Position numbers and translations under genes: made by a program. The notes under the pieces are model-generated. The model saw only the letters and a program-made list of their open reading frames with translations. It was not told the DNA's origin and did no database searches. A DNA stretch of 63,993 bases, the filler included, from Craspedostauros australis (lineage: Eukaryota): NCBI GenBank assembly GCA_030167865.1. It is 7 parts of 7 records of this genome, joined end to end, with 100 filler letters (N's around TTAATTAATTAA, not from the genome) between each part and the next. Parts side by side here need not be neighbours in the genome. Positions count along the whole stretch, not along the records: positions 45,303 to 52,667 come from JALAGF010006499.1; positions 52,768 to 62,171 come from JALAGF010006500.1; 5 more parts are not named here. The stretch is one strand, 5' to 3'. Shown piece by piece: positions 48,301-61,549 of the stretch; within the stretch, counting starts at the first letter, position 1, and every line of letters begins with the position of its first letter.

Positions 48301-48709
48301 GAGGACAGCAAGGACCCCGTCTCCGTCAAGTCGCGCACTGGTTATCTCATCACATTGGGAGGGTGCCCACTCATTTGGAAGTCCAAACTCCAAACTGAGA
48401 TTGCTCTATCTACGATGGAGTCCGAGTACGCCGCTCTCTCTCTCTCGCAATGCGCACGCTGATTCCNATCCAACAGCTCATCCGCCAAGTCATCAACAAC
48501 GCCGGCACCAACATGCCGCTGCACACCAACCTACAGTGCACTGTGTTTGAGGACAACCAAGCCTGCATTTCCCTCGCTACCAATCATCAACCAACCGCGC
48601 GCACTAAACACTTTCTGACTAAGTGGCACTTCTTTTGGTACTGGGTCAAGGCAGGGTTCATCTACATCCAGCACATCGCAACACCGGAGCAACTGGCCGA
48701 CATCTTCAC
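45303..48709 (+). mobile_element. Ty1/copia (CoDi-like) pol: integrase C-terminus, long spacer, RT and RNase H; in-frame TAG at 47506 and a frameshift near 48440
   Basis: HASTVPLVL...PQFHVVFDDWF; WVFRRKR..KYKGR; DFTNAF; SLYGL; LYVDD; YVDADFAG; EDNQACI; QLADIF. Confidence 0.95.
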
Positions 48710-48844
48710 NNNNNNNNNNNNNNNNNNNNNNNNNNNNNNNNNNNNNNNNNNNNNNNNNNNNNNNNNNNNNNNNNNNNNNNNAACAAACAACAACGAAGGA
48801 TGAAGTTTTCATCGATACCACAACTCCAATCACGACCCAACACT

Positions 48845-49057
48845 GAGAGGGAGAGTTGAGATTCAATGAGGGACAGACTACTACCGAACACGGTATCAAC
48901 CCGATGGGAGAAATTCCTGTTTTGGCGCGAAATCTTCCGACTTGATCAACCACCAAATCTTTTCTCCTCCTTCCTCTCCTCCATTCACGAATCCATCATG
49001 ACCCAAACCTGACCGACCTGACTCACACCCCACCTGGGAACTATATGCTCTTCAGAT
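48845..49057 (+). mobile_element. Polypurine tract and start of the 3' LTR (48854, runs into a gap)
   Basis: GAGAGGGAG followed by AGTTGAGATTCAATGAGGGAC, identical to the LTR at 49587. Confidence 0.88.
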
Positions 49058-49586
49058 NNNNNNNNNNNNNNNNNNNNNNNNNNNNNNNNNNNNNNNNNNN
49101 NNNNNNNAAGCTGTTTGACAGCTTTCGCTGTACTTCTTACTGCTATATCTACTATTCGTATTCAGCGAAATGCTGATCGGAGATTGTCCTCAGACAACTC
49201 ACAATGAAAGACAAGAGGTCCGACCAGGGCACACAACAACGGGCCGATAAGTCTCCAGTATCGTAGTTGCTTGTGCACTTTTGACGCCCAGCCTGCCAAT
49301 TTGCCGCGTTCTTGCGCCTTTTGCCTATTTCGCTGTCGCTGCCTCAAATCAACCACTATCAACGCCCTCTCATCCATCCACCAAGATTTTCATTGTGGTT
49401 ACATCTGCACAGTTGGATGTTGCATTGGACTGATCGTTGGTGCAATACGGACATGGCAGGTGCGGTCCTTGCAGAGTCTGGATTGATTCCCCCATTGTCG
49501 TTTGCAGACTGCGTACGGTGCAGTTGTGCCTGCTCGTCCTCGTGCATTGACTTGGCTTGTCGTGGTGGATGCCGAAAGGTGGATGT

Positions 49587-50271
49587 AGTTGAGATTCAAT
49601 GAGGGACAGACTACTACCGAACACGGTATCAACCCGATGGGAGAAATTCCTGTTTTGGCGCGAAATCTTCCGACTTGATCAACCACCAAATCTTTTCTCC
49701 TCCTTCCTCTCCTCCATTCACGAATCCATCATGACCCAAACCTGACCGACCTGACTCACACCCCACCTGGGAACTATATGCTCTTCAGATCCTCCTTACT
49801 ACAACATACCCCGATTCCTTCATGCTGATGATCACCACACTACTACCGTGGTCTCAACATGAGTATCCAACTTGCTTCAACTCAAGCAATGGAATCCGAG
49901 GGTCAGCTTCAGCCACAGCCACTGCTTTATGACCGTCACTACTGATTGTCATGACCTACACTGCAGTGTAACTACATGTGCGGAGAGCAAAGTACTGTAT
50001 TGATTGTCTACTCTGTTGCACTGAATCAAAGTGCATCAGTGCAGGGTCTCGCCAAGTTGTGTGGCATCGTTTCTTCACCCTACTAACACCAATAAGCTAA
50101 CTCATAATATCAGACAAGGATTAGCTACAAAGCACTCTTCTACTCATCGTTACAATTATAACTCTTCAATCAGTACACCTCTCTTGAACTGCATCACACG
50201 GCTATCCCAAAGCCGGCAGATTCACGAGGCATCCTCCACCGATTCGCGACGCATACGCACGAATCCTAACT
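49587..50271 (+). mobile_element. 5' LTR (685 bp) of a CoDi-like copia element
   Basis: Same ends as the solo LTR; followed by a PBS and gag. Confidence 0.9.
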
Positions 50272-50288
50272 GGTAGCTGCGAGTGGTT
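50271..50288 (+). promoter_or_regulatory. Primer-binding site, probably for initiator tRNA-Met
   Basis: TGGTAGCTGCGAGTGGTT resembles the tRNAi-Met complement TGGTAGCAGAGGATGGTT; its first T is shared with the LTR end. Confidence 0.7.
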
Positions 50289-50699
50289 GCCAAATACTCT
50301 CTTATAAACTCCACCGAGCATCTTCCTCTGCCAACCGATCGCAAGAGTCTCTCTGAGACGAAGCCAAAAGGCACAGCTCGCAAAACCGAGCCTCCATCAA
50401 AGGACCACGTCCTTATCGCATGCATCTGATCTGAAATCAGACCCCAACGCTCGAAAACCGAGCCACTCACGAGGACAAAAGTCCCAGCTGAAGGTAAGCG
50501 ACCCAAGGTCGGACCTCAGTAGCCTCTGCCAAAGCAAGCAATAACCGCACTCGCCGACCGAGTGCCAGCCTCCCCAAGCCTGCATCGAACTTCAGTGCAC
50601 ACCTTCCCAACGAAGTGAAGCCGAGCAAGAGCAAGAGAAGGCAAACAGATCGATCCCCTCGAAGTCCGAAGACCACTCGAGAAGTCCCCGTCATCCATC

Positions 50700-52667
50700 A
50701 TGGCGGAAGAGACAACAACTGCCACGCTGGAAGAGCTGCAAGCGCAGCTCGAAGCGATCACGGTCGAGAACGCTCGCCTNACACAGGCGACGTTGGCGGC
50801 CGAAGCCGCTGCAGAAGCAGCGAACGCGGCCATAGCCACTGCCCAAGCAGCGGCGACAGCCACCACGACCCCAAGCCGTCCCGGTCTCGAGCGCAGCCGC
50901 TCCGCCGGCGACACAAGACCTCGAACGGAACAGTCCTTCCTCGGCGACAGCATCTTCGACATGGAAACTCCCATGCCCAAGAAGAGCAGAAAGTCAGAAG
51001 AGGACAGCGAAGACGACGACCACGACCTCTCCGGGAAACCAACCGTTCCCATCATGGGAGGCATCCTCAAGCAAGGACGCAACTGGGTACCCTGGACCGC
51101 AGGTGCACCAAACGGACATTGGACCGGCCTCCAAGACGAGTCACACACCAGGTGGACCAACTCTCAACAACAGAGAATCCTCCACAATGGTGCTGACTCC
51201 ACCAACCAGTCCAAGCGAGAGCAAGGACTCACCGACAAGTTCAAGAAAGGAGGGAACATCCAGCAGTTCATCNNNNNNNNNNNNNNNNNNNNNNNNNNNN
51301 NNNNNNNNNNNNNNNNNNNNNNNNNNNNNNNNNNNNNNNNNNNNNNNNNNNNNNNNNNNNNNNNNNNNNNNNNNNNNNNNNNNNNNNNNNNNNNNNNNNN
51401 NNNNNNNNNNNNNNNNTTCCATCTGAAGTGGGATCACTACGACGTCCAGAACAACGAGACAGCCTCAGCGTTCTTCCGTGACAGTCTTGATCCAGTCCTC
51501 GAAGATCAGCTCATGAACCGAATCGAGCCAAAGTTCCACGATAATTTCATCACTCTCTTCGTTGAGTTCATGAATAGCAACTCGGCCAACTCCTTGGATG
51601 AACAAGACGCCCTCGCAGCCAAGATCCGCGAAGTCAACTGCAGACGTTTTCCAAACGAGAACGTTGGNNNNNNNNNNNNNNNNNNNNNNNNNNNNNNNNN
51701 NNNNNNNNNNNNNNNNNNNNNNNNNNNNNNNNNNNNNNNNNNNNNNNNNNNNNNNNNNNNNNNNCAGGCTGGAGGACAGATCCGGTCTGGTGAACAGTAC
51801 CGACGTCCTCTCTATGTGATGAAGGATAGCCTTGAGGAAATCCTCATGCGCCTCCCCGTCTTCACGTACGAGTACGCTCGCCCCCAGCTTGCCGCAAAAG
51901 ACCTCACATGGATGGCAATCTGCAACAAGGCCGAGNNNNNNNNNNNNNNNNNNNNNNNNNNNNNNNNNNNNNNNNNNNNNNNNNNCGCAAAAGACCTCAC
52001 ATGGATGGCAATCTGCAACAAGGCCGAGGCGTCGTACGAAAACGAAGTGCGCGGAAATCGCTGGCATGCTATCAGGCGTACCAGAGATAGCAACGTGCCC
52101 AAGTACTCGTACGCCAACAACGTCGTCCAAAATCCAAGCGCCAACGTCCTCGAGCAACACAAGGGTTTCTCCAAGAACGATGGAAAGAGAAACAACTTCA
52201 AGAAGCCCAAGGAACGCGACGCCAAACGCAACNNNNNNNNNNNNNNNNNNNNNNNNNNNNNNNNNNNNNNNNNNNNNNNNNNNNNNNNNNNNNNNNNNNN
52301 NACGTTCATGTGGTGCGCCAAGTGCCGCCGCTGGCGTCTCTCGCACAACACCGAGAGCCACCAGGACAACTTCAAGTTCAAGGCGAAGGCTAAAGGCAAG
52401 CAAGTTCCCAAACAGGACAACCTCTCCATTGACATGGCTGCGTGGACATGCTTCACAGCCGCCTCCAGTCAAGACGAAGACACCTGGTGGTCTCTCGTCT
52501 GGAACCTCTTCACCTCCTTCAACTACTTCGGTAGCATCGCTGGAATGGTTCTCCTCTTCGCCTCACTCCAAGTCATCAGCATTGGAGTAGAGTATGGGTG
52601 GTACATCGCGGCAGCTAATGCCTGGATGCTAATCGCCGTAACTCTACTACTCCTCCACACGAACGTT
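50700..52667 (+). CDS. CoDi-like Gag (gapped, runs off the contig)
   Basis: ATG downstream of the PBS; coiled N-terminus; WCAKCRRWRLSHNTESH zinc knuckle of the diatom copia type. Confidence 0.82.
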
Positions 52668-52767
52668 NNNNNNNNNNNNNNNNNNNNNNNNNNNNNNNNN
52701 NNNNNNNNNNNTTAATTAATTAANNNNNNNNNNNNNNNNNNNNNNNNNNNNNNNNNNNNNNNNNNNN

Positions 52768-54832
52768 CAACCGAGTGCGAATGGGAGGAGTGGATCGCAC
52801 AGAAAGGGGATTCGGCGGGAATGCAAGGGTTCTACCGGTCAGGAGAGAAGGGGCGGCGGCATCAAGTACACGGTAAAGAGGTCAGATTGCGGGAGGCGCG
52901 AGGCAGAGTGTATGTCGTCGAAGCCGGACCCTACGTCGAGGACCGCGCAAGCGTACAAGCGAGCGACCAAGCAGAAGCGGGCATGGCAGAATGGGTGCAA
53001 GCCGTGAAGGAAGGGAATGCTGTGATTAGCACCGATGGCTCCTTCAAACACGGCCGAAGCACAGCCGCGTTTTCACTCAATGTGCGAGGACAGCGAGCAG
53101 GGTGCTTCCAGATGGCCGGGCCAGTAGCAGGGCGAACGGAAGTGCAGAGCGCCTACAGGGCAGAGCTGGGAGGCATATGCAAAGCTGTCGAGACAGCGCG
53201 AAGGGTGCTCCTACAGTATGATCAAGAATGGCCAGAGAGCGCGGCAATCGTGGTCGCGTGTGACAATCGCATGGCAGGAATCCACGCAGTGGAGTTCGAC
53301 AGAGATGTGCCAGTCAAAGTGCAACACTTCGACATACTGCGAGCGATCCGCAGAGAGCAGCGACTCATGCCAGTGAGGCTGGTGTACAAGCATGTGTACG
53401 GGCACCAGCTGGAACGAGCGCGCGGCGTGAAGGTCGACGAATTCTCCTACTGGAATGATGATGTCGACAAGCTGGCAGGAGATGCTCAAGGCAAGACGGC
53501 GCAGGATTATGACGAGGAATGGCATGACAGCGAGTGGTCCGTGTGGGTCGGCGGCAATAAAGTGTGCATGAGCACCAAGGATATGCTGAGGTCGTATGTG
53601 CAGCGACAAAAGACTGAGAGATGGCAAGGCAGCACGGCAAAACTGAAACGTGACGCCATGGACGATTTGGATGGCGACGCAGTTAAAGCGGCAGTGGGCA
53701 GTTTGGGAGCGAACAGAAGACGATGGGTGGTGAAACATGCGGCGCACTTTGGCCCAGTGGGACGGAATATGAAGAAATGGAAGTTCTGGAGCGACAGCTT
53801 GTGCCCTGTGTGTAAGGCTGAAGAGGAGACGACGGCCCATGTGATGCAGTGCCAGCACCCCGCGGCAGTGCAAGTGCGGCGGTCGGCGATGGCAAAATGG
53901 GAAGACGAGATGATGGAGGCCAACGGCGAACCCTATATGGTGCGAGAGATTGTGCGGCAAGTGCGAAAGTGGACGGAACGGCAGGACGTCGAACCTGAAG
54001 GCTGGTCGGAGGTCCATCGAGCAGCAACGGCCCAGCAAAGGATCGGATGGGATAAAATGGTTCTGGGGAGGTGGTCCAGGCAGTGGCGGCAAATACAAGA
54101 GGGCGCCATTCGGAGAGGCAATCATCGCGGCACAGCCAAAGGCTGGATCAGCAAGGCTATCCGAGGGTTGTGGGACGTGCGATGGGCCGCGTGGCAGGCC
54201 AGGAATCAGGCGCTGCACGAGAGTGAGGCATGGGCCAAGCAGACAGAGCGAGCTCGGAAAGCCCGTGAGGATGTGGCTAGGGAGTGGCGGCGAGGCAGCA
54301 GCGGGCTTCTAAGGCCGGATCGCGGTTTACTGACGAACACGTCCGAAGAGCAAGTTCGACGAATGACGGTTGAGGAGCAGCTCGCTTGGGTCAGACACGT
54401 GGTGGCGGCAAGGGTCGGAGCGGCAGCCAGCCGGGACCAGCAGGCGGAGGCCAGAAGTGAGAGGTCGCGTGCGGACGGCGCAGCGAGGATATCGGGAACG
54501 CATGCAATGCGAGACAGTGAGGGACGGAGGTTGAAGAGGAAGCGTGGGCGCGGGTCCAAGTCTCAGGAGGCGACACGCAAACGAGCGAGGAGGAGACGCG
54601 GGAATGCATGATGATTTTAGTGAAGAGCACGGCGGATGTGGAATCGGGTGCCCAGTGCGGTATGTTCTATGTGACCCATGGTGATGGCAAACAGTGGAAG
54701 ATGAGGAAGTGAGATCCTTATAGAAGTCGTTCTTGCGCGGTCGGCCGTTTAGGCTCGCCGTATGCAGGCGACTATAAAGCCTTCGAGGCAACCTTGTGCG
54801 CAAGGGATAGTCAGTGAGTTATTATTATTATA
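52768..54832 (+). mobile_element. 3' portion of a non-LTR retrotransposon (Ambal-like): RNase H, zinc finger, 3' UTR and (TTA)n tail; ORF stop at 54611
   Basis: ISTDGSFK, SAYRAELGG, ACDN, HVYGHQ and NDDVDKLA (RNase H); CPVC..EETTAHVMQC; W..RN..LH; ends TGAGTTATTATTATTA. Confidence 0.87.
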
Positions 54833-57016
54833 ATGGTGGTGAAGGCGGGCCTTCCCACTGGGTTGTTAGTCGTTGACGAGTACATGCCGAATAAGTCTCG
54901 GATGGTGGTGCTTCCACGATCGAACACTGGGACATTTTCAAATTGGACACCACCATACTTTACCGTGTGACTCAACCCTGCCTTGTACGTAGTTGTGTTC
55001 ATGAGGAAGGACACCACACCAGAGAGATTGCAGGCACCCACACGGTACTGAAGAACTCGCGCAGGTACGATTTCGCCGTGACTCAACTTGTCGAAGTAGC
55101 GACGNAAGGTGCTTGCCTGGCTTTGCGTGATGATGTCGCGTTTGGGAAGCATGCGGGCGTTCTGTTCCTCCGACAATCCTTGTGCATGCCTACCCAGGAT
55201 AGCAGTACACAGTGCATGTNGCGCAGACATGNCCAGAGCAGCTCTAACTGTGCGGGATGACGTAGTTTCTCCGAGCAAGCCCACAGTGTAGAGATTGGAT
55301 GCCAACATCGTTGGAGGAAGTTCCACATTGTCGCGTACGTATGCAACCACCTGTTCCATCTGACAAGTTGGCACACCCTCTTCTGGAAGCAGGACACTCC
55401 AAAGTGCACACGATGCGACACTCCACACCTGTTTGATGTAGCTCCAGATGGTCCGATCGNNNNNNNNNNNNNNNNNNNNNNNNNNNNNNNNNNNNNNNNN
55501 NNNNNNNNNGAAGCAGGACAGTCCAAAGTGCACACGATGCGACACTCCACACCTGTTTGATGTAGCTCCAGATGGTCCGATCGTGTCTGCCTGTGAGAAC
55601 AAACCCTTTTTTCGGCATCAGCTGCAACAGTTTTGAATCTAGGTTAGATCCAAGAGCCGCCATCGCACGAACGATGGCATCGCGCCTCCAGCTGCCCTCC
55701 TCTGTCGGGTCACACTCAAACTTGCCGCCCCTCCTGCCCCAGCCGGCGCGCGTCTGTTTTTNNNNNNNNNNNNNNNACGTGCTGTCGCTATCATTGGAGG
55801 TGTCTGCGTAGCGGCCAGCAACAATCGTATTGCATTGGCGGGGAAGCCTAGCTGGCGGGGTAGGCTCGACAGGTGGTGCAACGTCAGGCGCAGCAGGCGG
55901 GGGTGGCGCGTTCACGAAAACGCTCACCACTGTTCCATCGCCAACACCTCGTCCCTCCGAACGCACCTCGACATGGGAGTCGTCAAAGACGCCTCCGTTG
56001 CTGTCTAGGATGTGGACGAACACATGCAGCTCACGAGCATGCGCATGCGTACCGTTCGGGACGAGGCCGCCATCCGCTGCAGACATCGGCTTCACATCAA
56101 TCACTCGTGTGATGGTGCTTGGCNNNNNNNNNNNNNNNNNNNNNNNNNNNNNNNNNNNNNNNNNNNNNNNNNNNNNNNNNNNNNNNNNNNNNNNNNNNNN
56201 NNNNNNNNNNNNNNNNNNNNNNNNNNNNNNNNNNNNNNNNNNNNNNNNNNNNNNNNNNNNNNNNNNNNNNNNNNNNNNNGAGCAGAACGTGGCTTCTTAC
56301 TGGGGGAGGGGTTGGCATCCTTGGGATGGGCCTTGTCAGCAGCAGAGAGAAACATGGTGGAGTTGTTGGTGGAGAGTAGTGTGGTTTGCCGGTTGGATGT
56401 GATGGTGTGCACTGGTTGAGATGAAGTGAGGAAGGAGAGAAAACGATGAATGGTCGACCATTCGTTGACAACAACAACAACNNNNNNNNNNNNNNCTACT
56501 ACTACTACTACTACTACTACTCTGACGAGAACGTGCATTGAGCGAAAGGGCGAGTGTGCATGGCATTGGCGAGCCAAGTTGTGAAATGGAGCGAACGTGT
56601 GGCGCGAATTTGCGAAATGATGGAGATGATGTGTTTTGTGTGATGTGTTTTGTGTCATCTGTTTTGTGACGAGCAGAATGTGGAATCCTGTGGCACATGC
56701 TAACGTGTAATTAACGCGTACCAAACGACTGACACCTTCGGAAGCAAGTGCGTGACTGATCACCTGACGATAAATATCTCAGAACATCATAGAACCTTCG
56801 ACAACTACCAACGATTTTTGTGTGGTTGGATCCACATGACTAGAATGAACACATTGATCGGTGCATAAAACGTAAAATAAGCTTTACTAAGCACTGAAAA
56901 GGTGACATGTACATAAAGAGACTACAAGGATTGCGAATATGTGCTTATTTTAAAAATCCCAGAAATCCGATTAGACTCTTCATTTCAAACGATTGGTCGA
57001 CTCACTGATCGGGCTC
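54833..57016 (-). mobile_element. Left half of a second, diverged Sola3-like transposon, cut off by the LINE
   Basis: Protein homologous to 29396-30830 (VLQYRV.AC.LSGVVSFL..TTTYKAGL.H.V...GV.FENVPVFDRG); terminus GGTCGACTCACTGATCGGGCTC|TTAT at 57016. Confidence 0.85.
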
Positions 57017-57997
57017 TTATAAAAGTTATAAGCATCTAGGCTAACCTCTACACGCCGGCCGGGCCACAAGATACCCTCGCAGTGGCCCGTCTTAAATTAT
57101 TTTAGAGTCGACTCCGATATCGCCCGTCAAGCCAAGGATGTTGTGGGTTTAGAAGACAACATGTGTCCAAACCTGGATGGCTTGGCTTTTGGACGTCGTA
57201 CACATGGTTGGAAGACAGTCTCAGTCGACGTTCTCCAGACGTTGTCCACACACATCTTTCCAGATTCTCGTACCGCGGATAGACGTGGAATTGCCTTCTT
57301 CAATTTCCTGGGCTTCTCGATTTCGCTTCGATCGAAGTCGTCGATGTTCGATTAGCTTCTGGGGAGAACAGGATTCTCCATTTCCGTTTCGGCTTGCGGG
57401 TTGGCATGCTCCTTATTCGGTTGGACGGACGTTAACACATGTCAATGTCCCATCTGTCCACAACTTTCGTTTCATGCTTCCTTAAATGAAGAAATGTCCC
57501 GATGTGACAAATGCATACGTCGTTGACTTTGTTGCCAGAGAGGACGGGTGCCCGATCAAACGAACTGTGTGTCGAATTGATGGCTCTCGACCAGATCGAT
57601 CAAGTGTCGAATTGGATTTTGAGAGGGTCTTCTTGTGTCTCTGGAGGTGGTCTCTTGGGTTCGCAGGCAACACACAACACGTCTTGAAACGCCGAAATCA
57701 CCGGGTCGTGAAGTTTGGAAGAGCCCGCCCACTGGCTGATGACAGATGTTCACACAGAGAAAGCAGACTTGTTCGCCGTCGTTCTTGCTGGGGTGGAAGC
57801 AAATGCGTTTTCGCAGTCATTTGGTCTCGTCGATCTTTTGCTATTCCACACGCAAGCACGATGTCCAACGCACTGCAACGTTCATTGAGGACGAGCGCCC
57901 TGGTGGGCTGTATTCACAACAAAGGAGAGGCATCCAACGCCGCAATACGACTACCATCGAAGCACAGCATCAACGGAACATCCGAAAGTGACATCCG

Positions 57998-58385
57998 AGC
58001 ATGACACCCTAACATGACATCATGGCATGGCATCGCAGAATGGCATCGACGCATGACATCACAGCATGGCATCACAGAATGGCAGATCATCACGGCACGG
58101 TATCGCACCACAAGATGGCATCACAACATGGCATCACAAAATGGCGCAACGGCATGGCGTCGCGGCACAGCGTCACGGCATGGCATCNNNNNNNNNNNNN
58201 NNNNNNNNNNNNNNNNNNNNNNNNNNNNNNNNNNNNNGCATGGCATCGCAGAATGCCATCGCAGCACAGCATCACAACATGTCATCACGGCATGGCATCA
58301 CGGCACAGCATCACACCATAGCATGGCGTCACGACATGGCACCACGGCATGGCATCACAGCATGACATCGCAGCATATCACCACA
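57998..58385. repeat. Minisatellite of ~14-nt GCATGGCATCACAG-like units
   Basis: Many degenerate ATGGCATCRCRG copies. Confidence 0.85.
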
Positions 58386-58599
58386 GCTCTCTTCTGTTGG
58401 ATGATTGACAGACATTGTGGGATACAGTCCTCGCTGTTCAGTCACTTGACATGCAGTCAGATCGCCCTGCCCAATCTGAACCCAGCACGCGATCGCACAA
58501 CACACTTGAGCACACAGGGTGAGAGATGAAGGGATGATGGTGAATGTTGTCCTCGTCACCGAATGAGTCCACTGGCGTTCGAGCACTCAACACAACATC

Positions 58600-61073
58600 A
58601 ACAGAGCTCAGCACATGAAGCATGCTGTGAGAGACGCAGAGGGGCTGTTCGATGTAACCCCCATCGCGAAGTGGATCTGTTACCCAACATCACGACGATC
58701 CTCAGCATGGCACAGCACATGCAAGCACATTTTCAGAGAGGGAGGCAAGGTGTGTGCAATGCCATCTCCAACACAGAACATCACACACCACAACAAGGCC
58801 AGAGATGGGTGGGCGCGGGCGAATGTGATCGTCACAGCAAGATGAATCCGTTGCGGTTGATCACCCTGCACACACATGAACACGGCACATCCAACGTGAG
58901 CACATGGCGAGAGATAGAGGGGCGCTGTGATAGGCGATTCTCTCCTTGGAGCGAGAGAGTCTATCCTGAGTTTGGATCACGTTGCATGTCATCAATGCAG
59001 ACCAGCATAGGCCAATCCATGCAAACCAACCACACGCGACTACTAGGTCAGAGATGGATGGACGCTATTGCATATGATCCTCANNGCACAGCAACTGGAG
59101 ATGCGGTTGGGTCACCCTACGCAGCACCAACATAGCATAGCACAGTTGGCACATCACATTTGAGCACACATGGTCGCGTGTGGAGAGGCGCTCTCTGATA
59201 CAATCACAACTGCGAAGTGGATCACCCTGCATATGGATCACACTGAGCATGGATCACCCAGCACAGGCCGCCACAACACATGACATCAAGTAAAAGGCCA
59301 AGAATGGGGGACACTGTTGGATGCGATCCGCGATGGGCAATGAATGAGTTCATACAGAGGTCGCCACGCAGAGGCCACCATGCATATCACATCCAAGTAC
59401 ATGGTCGGATATGGAGAGGCACTCTTGGATGTCATCACAACTGCACAATGAAGGATCAACCTGTGCACCATCCATGCAGCCCATCACATGCGAGTACATC
59501 ACTCGTGGAAAGATCACAAACGAGCACATGGTCACAGAGGGATGGGTGATGTCGGATGCTACCTTTGCTGCAAAGCGAATTTGCTGTGCTTGGACCACCT
59601 TGCGCAGCGGCAACGCAGCATCAGCATACACGAGCACATGTTCAAAGATGCGGAGACGAGTTCGGATGTGATTGTTGCTGCAAGTGAACCGCGCCGCGGT
59701 TGGAGAACCCGGCGCAACACACTCGAACACATGGTGGGTGGTACATGGAGGGACGCTGTGAGCTGTTGATGTGATCCTCACCGCAAGGCGAATCCAGTGT
59801 GAGTTGGATCACCCAGCGCGCACATCGAGACAGGTCACCACGCACAAGCATTGGGTCGGAGATGCAAGGGCGCTGTCAGATGTGATTGTCACTGCAAAGT
59901 GAATGGCCTTGCGCATAGATCACTGTGCACACTGCCAACAAATGCCATCACACGCGAGAATGCTAGAAACGAGCACATGTTTGGAGGCGGGTGGACACTG
60001 CCAGGTGCCATCTCCGCTGCGAAATGAATCTGCAACGGTTGAATCACCATATGCAACATCAACGCAGCACACCGCACGCGAATGCAGGGTCAGAGACGGG
60101 TGAACGCTGTCGCATGTAATCCTTGCTGCAAAATTAATCATCTGCGGTTGGATCATCTGCGGTTGGATCACCCTTGGTTGGATCACCTGACCCACCACCA
60201 GCACAGGATGTCACGTGTCAACACATCACATGCGAGTGCNNNNNNNNNNNNNNNNNNNNNNNNNNNNNNNNNNNNNNNNNNNNNNNNNNATCACAAACGA
60301 GCACATGGTCACAGAGGGATGGGTGATGTCGGATGCCACCTTCGCTGCAACGTAAATTCGCTGTGCTTGGACCACCTCGCGCAGTGGCAACGCAGCATCA
60401 GCATACACGAGCACATGTTCAAAGATGCGGAGACGAGTTCAGATGTGATTGTTGCTGCAAGTGAACCGCGCCGCGGTTGGAGAACCCGGCGCAACACACT
60501 CGAACACATGGTGGATGGTACATGGAGGGACGCTGCGAGCTGTTGACGTGATCCTCACTGCGAGGTGAATCCAGTGTGAGTTGGATCACCCAGCGCGCAC
60601 ATCGAGACAGGTCACCATGCACAAGCATTGGGTCGGAGATGCAAGGGCGCTGTCAGATGTGATTGTCACTGCAAAGTGAATGGCCTTGCGCATAGATCAC
60701 TGTGCACACTGCCAACAAATGCTATCACACGCGAGAATGCTAGAAACGAGCACATGTTTGGAGGCGGGTGGACACTGCCAGGTGTCATCTCCGCTGCGAA
60801 ATGAATCTGCAACGGTTGAATCACCATATGCAACATCAACGCAGCACACCGCACACGAATGCAGGGTCAGAGACGGGTGAACGCTGTCGCATGTAATCCT
60901 TGCTGCAAAATTAATCATCTGCGGTTGGATCATCTGCGGNNNNNNNNNNNNNNNNNNNNNNNNNNNNNNNNNNNNNNNNNNNNNNNNNNTCTGCGGTTGG
61001 ATCACCCTTGGTTGGATCACCTGACCCACCACCAGCACAGGATGTCACGTGTCAACACATCACATGCGAGTGC
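58600..61073. repeat. Degenerate satellite with a 777-bp higher-order duplication (59513-60239 vs 60290-61073) and a 15-bp TTGGATCATCTGCGG sub-repeat
   Basis: Constant 777-bp offset with SNPs; recurring GAGCACATG and GGATCAC motifs upstream. Confidence 0.75.
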
Positions 61074-61549
61074 TTGGGGAGAGATGGAGGGATGTTGTTG
61101 TATATATATATAACTCATGGATTAGACTGTTACTGTGGCAGTCTGCGCCGTAGGCGCTTTTACGCCGCCCGCTTTATTCTCGTGTGGAGCACGAGGCAGC
61201 ACGGCACTATCAATTCATATGCATGTATGCGCTAACCGGTCGTCGAGTCACCCGTGAGATCCTCCTCGTCGCCCCCGCATCTGATTCGTATGTATCTGCT
61301 TGTGTAGTTCTTTTTCTTGTGTTTTCTGTTTGTCGATGGAACCGGTGGCTTTGTGCCAGCACCTTGATCGGCGAGTGCGTCGCCGTGGCTGCGTCGGAGG
61401 CGTCGGTGAGCCTGGAGCCTCGTGCGACGTAGCACTACGATCATTTGCGGCGTCGTAGCCAGTTGCGTACCTCTGCTGGAGCATGATCTGCCGGCAGTCC
61501 ACGCACGCGCTGCACTTGCCCGATCCACACGGCCACTGTAGCGATATCG

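Noticed and set aside
57143..58004. Short ORFs between the Sola3-like end and the minisatellite
   Set aside because: No motifs, codon bias or splice structure that I could support.
57998..58385. CRISPR-like array
   Set aside because: Degenerate tandem units with no unique spacers and no cas genes, in a eukaryotic context.
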